Source: Nitrosopumilus sp.
Lineage (GTDB): Archaea > Thermoproteota > Nitrososphaeria > Nitrososphaerales > Nitrosopumilaceae
NCBI GenBank assembly: GCA_965223425.1
Contig: OZ245003.1
Span: forward strand, 2,336,001-2,400,000
Length of the DNA: 64,000 nucleotides
Direction of reading: 5' to 3'
The position numbers were made by a program, and so were the translations under genes. Positions 63,401 to 64,000 of this stretch are shown piece by piece; within the stretch, counting starts at the first letter, position 1, and each line of letters begins with the position of its first letter. Below the pieces are notes generated by a model. That model was given only the letters and a program-made list of their open reading frames with translations, was not told the DNA's origin and ran no database searches.

Positions 63401-63916
63401 AAGCTCATTGTGAATTTGTACTGCAAACGAGTCAAAGGCATCAGATATTTTGGATACGATTGACGATGCGGTCATTTTCGGTTCAACCTTGATTTTTTCG
63501 AGGAATTCCACAAAGGTTTTTGGAACGCCAGCATCTGGTCTGATATCTATTGGAACGTGTCTTGTTTCTGAAAAAGACTTTGAGAATTCCTTCGAAAGGC
63601 TTGAAAACACCCACTTGAATCCGCCCGGATTGTGCGAGCACACCATGCAAAATCCGTTATTCTGCTTGATTATCTTGGCAGCTATCCCCTTCCAGTTTCT
63701 CAGGGAATCTGTGTTTGTCTGGACATAGTAAATTCGGTAATCGTTTTTGCTTGCAATTATTCTGGCCTCTGAGACGGTCTGTTTTTGTTCCTTGCTCCAA
63801 CTATCCTTGTTGACTGGCTTGTTTTCAAAATCAAAGTTCAATTCTGAGAATAGACTGCGTAACGAATCCAGATCTTTTAGCCTGTATGCCAAGTTTTCCA
63901 GCTTTTTATCTACCAA
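60443..63916 (-). CDS. Type IIG/Eco57I-like N6-adenine DNA methyltransferase with fused TRD
   Basis: LGAIYE, GSYYTP, ILDPAMGSGHFL (motif I), GVDLN, GNPPW (motif IV) and a TaqI-C-like C-terminal TRD. Confidence 0.92.
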   Translation of the reverse strand: MVDKKLENLAYRLKDLDSLRSLFSELNFDFENKPVNKDSWSKEQKQTVSEARIIASKNDYRIYYVQTNTDSLRNWKGIAAKIIKQNNGFCMVCSHNPGGFKWVFSSLSKEFSKSFSETRHVPIDIRPDAGVPKTFVEFLEKIKVEPKMTASSIVSKISDAFDSFAVQIHNELTVNVFEALKILSEGIILDESNKLTLDEHTLEEIREPTFILLYRIMFVLYAEDRSIFPDEKFYHDNFSLKWIKQEWILKNDQKKKKKIGQYQVQERLRKLFRLIEVGSEDLDYKHEEFFMRSYYGRLFDRKIHHELEKWKIPNKNLLEAIGLLTRTRDKKDNYFFLDYAALETRHLGAIYEHLLEFHLTIKDGKVSDLPNPKERKSTGSYYTPQYIVDYIVKNTIGPLIDDIVKKTPDKSQQVDDILALNILDPAMGSGHFLVGATNYIARRICHIEYEDEISEHAFVERKRDVVRRCIYGVDLNPLAVDLAQVSLWLETLSSERPLSFLNAHLKTGNSLIGASIDDILEKQTTLIESTKGRGRFKKIVKDFIMLEQLEDDTPSAVKTKVVKYENMQQKGTTYYDLKFMLDAKLAKSFGVDVPPIGDYVAKIGENGLDFYSDERWQQVKKVSQEHSFFHWDLEFPDIFYDDDGKRRKNSGFDGVVGNPPWQIVKPDVDEFFSPFYNLKNTEQKFSMLTKNKKNKFVKECLKDKKIKVDYDLYNRYYEKQMKYFNSGSYYYQSSIVNGKKQSSDLNLYKLFTERSYAQLGKNGLCGFVVPSGIYSDLGSKGLREMLIEKTKINSLYSFINKKGIFEGIHRQFKFCLIIFTKGNTTKKFLASFYLEDASILQNHKKIAYDYDLKHIQTMSPNSLSFLECKNETEFTILKKLYRYPLLGSKEWDFHAAREFDMTNNSNLFHTTKVGYPLYEGKMIYQFEHNYLEPRYWIDEEEGRAVLESKELSRMKKINKDHNADSRIDCDEYRLVWRSITNSTNERTLISTILPYNLFLGNSLNYLSPLIFNGKKHVRSISLNETIFLCGIFNSFVIDFILRHKVATNLNIFYLMELPIPKFDKSNKLHNRVFENTVKLICTTDEFSKLRNSLGISDYETQSAKRFALESQINACVAKIYNLDHDDLKLILKNFPIANKQLKKLSLNEFSQSNKKIV
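61032..61356 (-). repeat. Right inverted repeat, inside the MTase gene
   Basis: Encodes IQTMSPNSL..KKINKDH; matches 58386-58840. Confidence 0.95.
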
Positions 63917-63918
63917 AT

Positions 63919-64000
63919 TTAATCGCCCACATATTTGCTGTACAGAATCCGAGGGGACTTGCTTTCCTCCTCGCTTTGTTTTATCTGGTTTTGCAGATTG
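63919..64000 (-). CDS. 3' end of an upstream gene coupled to the MTase (partial)
   Basis: Open frame ..NLQNQIKQSEEESKSPRILYSKYVGD* stops 2 bp before the MTase start. Confidence 0.5.
   Translation of the reverse strand, partial: NLQNQIKQSEEESKSPRILYSKYVGD

Noticed and set aside
264-63728. Many short antisense or overlapping ORFs in the track, including the identical 60-aa ORFs at 58618 and 61072
   Set aside because: They are shadows of real genes; the identical pair only reflects the inverted repeat.
1-64000. CRISPR array or rRNA genes
   Set aside because: No regularly spaced short repeats and no rRNA-like sequence were seen.

Overview
Archaeal DNA, very probably a Nitrosopumilaceae (ammonia-oxidising archaeon) genome. 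This is inferred from the S-layer protein, tiaS, the his/HMG-CoA reductase gene order and the intron-bearing initiator tRNA. The heavy load of IS elements and defence genes may point to a host-associated lineage. Core blocks: S8 protease, S-layer anchor-like gene and S-layer gene, ThiS-ThiF fusion and thrC (0.1-13 kb); the his cluster (31.7-34.8 kb and 46.6-50.9 kb), split by a ~12 kb island; then mvaA, a PQQ dehydrogenase, tRNA-iMet and tiaS (51-54.8 kb). Three accessory islands (13.3-31.6, 34.9-46.6 and 55-64 kb) hold IS66, IS5, ISL2-like, ISH3 and IS110 elements and remnants, plus toxin-antitoxin and defence-like genes. Top finding: a candidate invertible DNA-specificity switch (shufflon) at 58.4-63.9 kb. 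A Type IIG/Eco57I-like N6-adenine methyltransferase has a silent, oppositely oriented alternative C-terminal target-recognition cassette. ~325-bp near-identical inverted repeats bracket both cassettes and a tyrosine recombinase. One repeat copy is interrupted by a 121-bp MITE with a 9-bp target duplication. Other highlights: a transposase-less IS6-type cassette carrying a GIY-YIG gene, a TGT-fold gene paired with a Panacea-like/PIN module, a duplicated novel gene pair with a Zn-ribbon PIN, and a coiled-coil insert in the S-layer protein. All family calls come from motif recognition by eye; no searches were run.
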